A stretch of 36,886 nt of DNA from contig JAQTVP010000001.1 in assembly GCA_028707015.1 (NCBI GenBank), forward strand, positions 1 to 36,886, written 5' to 3'. Source of the stretch: Dehalococcoidales bacterium. GTDB taxonomy: Bacteria > Chloroflexota > Dehalococcoidia > Dehalococcoidales > JAQTVP01. The notes below the pieces were generated by a model. It was given only the letters and a program-made list of their open reading frames with translations. It was not told where the DNA came from and searched no databases. Positions 33,809 through 36,886 of this stretch are shown here, in pieces. A program made the position numbers and the translations under genes. Numbering within the stretch: position 1 is the first letter of the stretch; each line of letters opens with the position of its first letter.

Positions 33809-34801
33809 TTATTCCACCGACTCACTATCATCTAAATAATCAGTATCTAAATCTGCTAATTTATCTTTATTTTGTAAAGTAAGAGAAAGACCCAATAAAT
33901 TCATCCGATCTTCTAATTCTTTCATAGACTTCCGCCCAAAATTACGCAGTGAAAGTAATTCTTGCTCGCTCTTACTTAGCAGTTCCCCAACAGTAGTTAT
34001 ACCCCCACGCCTGAGGCAATTCATAGTACGCACCGACAAATCCAACTGTTCTACCAGTATACTATATTTTTCATCGAGAACAGGCTGCTGAATAGTATGC
34101 TCTTCTTCATTAACAGGAGCGACCTCAACATAATTAGCAAACGGAGATAATTGCTTTATTAAAATATCAGCACCTTTACTAATAGCATCCACTGGTTCTA
34201 TAGTACCATCTGTCCATACTTCCAAGGATAACCGCTCACGATTAGTTTCCAATCCTATATGAACTGGCTCAACTGTAAAATTAACCTTTCTCACCGGAGT
34301 AAAAATAGCATCAATTGGAATTGTCCCAATAGGCAGATTATCACCAGCTTCAGCCTCTTTATAACCCTCACCTATTTCTATATCAAATTCCGCATAAAGT
34401 CTGGCTTCAGGCGAATCCAAAGTAGCTAGATAAAGGTCAGGGTTAGTAATTTCAAAATCAGCAGACGGTTTAATATCAGCTGCATAAACCTGCCCTTTTC
34501 CTTCTACCTCCAATGTTAATTTACCTGACTGTCCGGAAATCGGTTTTAATCTTAACGCTTTCACATTAAGAAAAAACTCAATAACATCCTCTTTTACGTA
34601 AGGAATAGAGGAAAATTCATGTTGAATCCCTTCAATCTTAACCCGAGTTACTGCTGCTCCAGGAATATAACCAAGCATTACACGCCTTAAAGCATTTCCC
34701 AGAGTTAGCCCAAAATCTTTTACTAAGGGCTCAGCTAAAAATCGCCCAAAGCCATCTCTACTTTCAACACACTCAACATGAGGTATTACTAGCTGAGACA
34801 A
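33809..34801 (-). CDS. rpoA: DNA-directed RNA polymerase alpha subunit
   Basis: 330 aa. GNALRRV.L, C-terminal domain LDLSVRTMNCLRRGGITTVGEL. Confidence 0.95.
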   Translation of the reverse strand: MSQLVIPHVECVESRDGFGRFLAEPLVKDFGLTLGNALRRVMLGYIPGAAVTRVKIEGIQHEFSSIPYVKEDVIEFFLNVKALRLKPISGQSGKLTLEVEGKGQVYAADIKPSADFEITNPDLYLATLDSPEARLYAEFDIEIGEGYKEAEAGDNLPIGTIPIDAIFTPVRKVNFTVEPVHIGLETNRERLSLEVWTDGTIEPVDAISKGADILIKQLSPFANYVEVAPVNEEEHTIQQPVLDEKYSILVEQLDLSVRTMNCLRRGGITTVGELLSKSEQELLSLRNFGRKSMKELEDRMNLLGLSLTLQNKDKLADLDTDYLDDSESVE

Positions 34802-34825
34802 AGTGCAACCTCCTTATCACAAAAC

Positions 34826-35452
34826 CTACCGCGAGTAGTATTCTACTATAGTTTTCCCATCAAATTTAGCATCAACATCATCAGGAGTTGGTAAAGACGT
34901 AACTTTCCCAATAATATTCTGCCTATCCAAGTTTAACCAACTTAATACCGTAATACTTCCAATACTCTCCTGCAGTTGTTTATAATATTCATTTTTAGTA
35001 CTGCCTTCCCTCCAGCTAATAGTGTCTCCTTCTTTTACTAAACAAGAGGGTATATTAGTCTTACGTCCACTGAGCATAATATGACCGTGCTGAACTAACT
35101 GGCGCGCCTGGTTACGGGAGTCAGCAAATCCTAAGCGATATACAACATTATCCAATCGCCTCTCCAGTAATACCAGCAGATTTTCTCCGGTAATACCTGC
35201 TTGCTTCTCTGCTTTCTCAAAAAGTACTCGGAACTGCTTTTCCATCATCCCATATGTATTCCGCGCTTTTTGCTTCTCATTTAACTGTAAACCACGGTCA
35301 GAAACCCGCCGACGCCGGTTAACCTGCTGTCCCGGAGGTTTATTCCTCCTGTCAATCGCACACTTAGCAGTAAGACACCTACTGCCTTTTAGCATCAACT
35401 TCTCACCGCTACGTCTACATAACCTACAAACCGCTGCTGTATATCTTCCCAT
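34826..35452 (-). CDS. rpsD: 30S ribosomal protein S4
   Basis: MGRYTAAVCRLCRR.GEKL.LKG.RC, RLDNVVYRLGFA.SR.QARQLV.HGHI. Confidence 0.95.
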   Translation of the reverse strand: MGRYTAAVCRLCRRSGEKLMLKGSRCLTAKCAIDRRNKPPGQQVNRRRRVSDRGLQLNEKQKARNTYGMMEKQFRVLFEKAEKQAGITGENLLVLLERRLDNVVYRLGFADSRNQARQLVQHGHIMLSGRKTNIPSCLVKEGDTISWREGSTKNEYYKQLQESIGSITVLSWLNLDRQNIIGKVTSLPTPDDVDAKFDGKTIVEYYSR

Positions 35453-35464
35453 ATTTTTATCCTT

Positions 35465-35854
35465 CTATATCCGTCTTCTTTTAGGCGGACGACAACCATT
35501 ATGTGGAATAGGAGTAACATCCCTAATGCTAGTAATATAAAGCCCCGAACTCTGCAATGAACGAATAGCCGCCTCACGCCCACTACCCGGACCCTTAACA
35601 TAAACCTCTACCTGTCTTAATCCCTGGTCCATAGCCTTACGTGTCGCATCCCGAGCCGCTAATTGTGCAGCATACGGAGTACCTTTACGAGAACCTTTAA
35701 ACCCGGCCGCACCCGGACTACCCCAAGCAATAACATTCCCCTCAGGATCAGTAAGTGTAATTATAGTATTGTTAAAAGTTGCCTGGATATAGGCTTTTCC
35801 CACAGGTATAATTTTACGTTCACGCCTTCTCGTCTTAGTTCGCTTCTTGGGCAT
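35465..35854 (-). CDS. rpsK: 30S ribosomal protein S11
   Basis: [45 protein letters not shown]. Confidence 0.95.
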   Translation of the reverse strand: MPKKRTKTRRRERKIIPVGKAYIQATFNNTIITLTDPEGNVIAWGSPGAAGFKGSRKGTPYAAQLAARDATRKAMDQGLRQVEVYVKGPGSGREAAIRSLQSSGLYITSIRDVTPIPHNGCRPPKRRRI

Positions 35855-35882
35855 TCTGTTCTCCTTCTAAATATGTGTAATA

Positions 35883-36272
35883 TTATTTCTTGGTCATACC
35901 CCGTCTCTGTCCTCTACCGGCTACAGTTTTACGAGGACCACGCTGGGAACGACCATTAGTTCGTGTCCGCTGTCCCCTAACAGGTAAATTATAACGATGC
36001 CTCATACCCCGATAACTACCAATATCAATGAGACGTTTAATATTGAAGTTAACTTCCTTCCTTAAATCACCTTCTACCATATACTCATGATCAATAACTT
36101 CCCGGAGGCGATTAACCTCCTCTTCGCTAAGGTCATCTGATTTGGTAACAGGATCAATACCAGTCTGAGCCAGTATTTTCTGACTTGATGCAGAACCAAT
36201 ACCATATATATATTGTAACGACACCCAAATTTGCTTATTTCTGGGTATATCCACTCCGGCTATACGCGCCAT
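35883..36272 (-). CDS. rpsM: 30S ribosomal protein S13
   Basis: [13 protein letters not shown]......L.YIYGIG, YRG.RH...[11 protein letters not shown]. Confidence 0.95.
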   Translation of the reverse strand: MARIAGVDIPRNKQIWVSLQYIYGIGSASSQKILAQTGIDPVTKSDDLSEEEVNRLREVIDHEYMVEGDLRKEVNFNIKRLIDIGSYRGMRHRYNLPVRGQRTRTNGRSQRGPRKTVAGRGQRRGMTKK

Positions 36273-36299
36273 AATACTCCCTCCTTGTCAGCACAGTAA

Positions 36300-36413
36300 T
36301 TAACCCTGTCTCTGCTTATGCCTCGGGTTTTTACATATAACCCTAAGCACCCCATGTCGCTTTATTACCTTACAATTGTCACATCTTACTTTTACTGAAG
36401 CTCTAACTTTCAC
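36300..36413 (-). CDS. rpmJ: 50S ribosomal protein L36
   Basis: Absent from the ORF track (37 aa). My translation from GTG (revcomp of 36411-36413): [37 protein letters not shown]. Canonical position between infA and rpsM. Confidence 0.93.
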   Translation of the reverse strand: MKVRASVKVRCDNCKVIKRHGVLRVICKNPRHKQRQG

Positions 36414-36458
36414 AACAATTCCTCTTTATTTATCTCTAATATTAACCAATTAACCCAA

Positions 36459-36677
36459 TTAAGTAAACCGAAATATAATTCTCCCCCGACTTAAATCATA
36501 AGGAGACAGTTCTATCAATACCCTGTCGCCAAGTAAGATTCTTATATAATGCATTCTAATCTTACCAGAAATATGAGCTAATATTTTATGTCCATTAGGC
36601 AATTCCACACGAAACATGCCATTAGGTAAAGCCTCCATTACGGTTCCTTCAACTTCTATAGCTTCCTTTTTAGGCAT
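36459..36677 (-). CDS. infA: translation initiation factor IF-1
   Basis: 72 aa. [34 protein letters not shown]...IRIL.GD.V..ELSPYDL.RGRI.FR. Confidence 0.95.
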   Translation of the reverse strand: MPKKEAIEVEGTVMEALPNGMFRVELPNGHKILAHISGKIRMHYIRILLGDRVLIELSPYDLSRGRIIFRFT

Positions 36678-36689
36678 AAATTCCTTTCT

Positions 36690-36886
36690 CTATACAATAG
36701 TTAGTATTTCTGGCTCACCATCAGTAATAGCAACAGTGTGCTCAAAATGTGCAGAGATACTTCCATCAGCTGTACTTACAGTCCAGTGGTCATCTGCAAC
36801 ACGAGTACGCCAACTACCAGTATTCACCATAGGTTCCAGCGCCAGGGTCATTCCTTTCCTGAGCACTGGTCCTACTCCCGGTGAAC
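36690..36886 (-). CDS. map: type I methionine aminopeptidase, C-terminal part (5' end beyond the window)
   Basis: Not in the track because it is open at the edge. My translation: ..[63 protein letters not shown]. The EPM and HFEHT metal-ligand contexts are present. Confidence 0.85.
   Translation of the reverse strand, partial: SPGVGPVLRKGMTLALEPMVNTGSWRTRVADDHWTVSTADGSISAHFEHTVAITDGEPEILTIV

Overview
A 36.9-kb chromosomal segment from an AT-rich bacterium. Hand counts of single 60-nt lines give about 37% G+C in ribosomal genes. The gene content suggests an anaerobe: two tungsten-type aldehyde:ferredoxin oxidoreductases, a B12-binding radical SAM enzyme and a short core-type MetE. This resembles Dehalococcoidia-like Chloroflexota, but I cannot verify taxonomy without a search.

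Layout, left to right:
- Two acyl-CoA dehydrogenase genes flank a stand-alone Lrp/AsnC ligand-domain gene.
- yceD-rpmF-fabD(frameshifted)-nusB-acpP-HAD.
- A minus-strand radical SAM / class I aldolase / Zn-ADH operon.
- A tight tldD-pmbA-PAC2-HEAT-GNAT array.
- A long plus-strand array (14737-25596) holding the methionine/SAM cycle genes mtnA, mtnP, core-metE, ahcY and metK, plus a phosphohexomutase. Unrelated genes interrupt it: a very AT-rich membrane ORF, and a block of APH-fold kinase, SRA-like HNH nuclease, P-loop kinase and PHP phosphoesterase.
- Two tandem AOR paralogs separated by a 1.8-kb AT-rich islet of orphan genes (DUF2513-like wHTH, a 228-aa unknown, small ORFs).
- moaD/thiS-like gene.
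- The conserved rpsI-rplM-truA-rplQ-rpoA-rpsD-rpsK-rpsM-rpmJ-infA-map cluster on the minus strand.

I saw no rRNA, tRNA, CRISPR array, transposase or integrase. The ORF track misses three genes that I translated by hand: rpmJ and the two edge-truncated genes (acd, map).

The best candidates for something undescribed are the kinase-nuclease-P-loop-PHP block at 18.4-21.6 kb, the islet between the AOR paralogs, and the AT-rich ORF translationally coupled inside mtnA-mtnP. All family names come from motif recognition by eye and from memory. None is database-verified.
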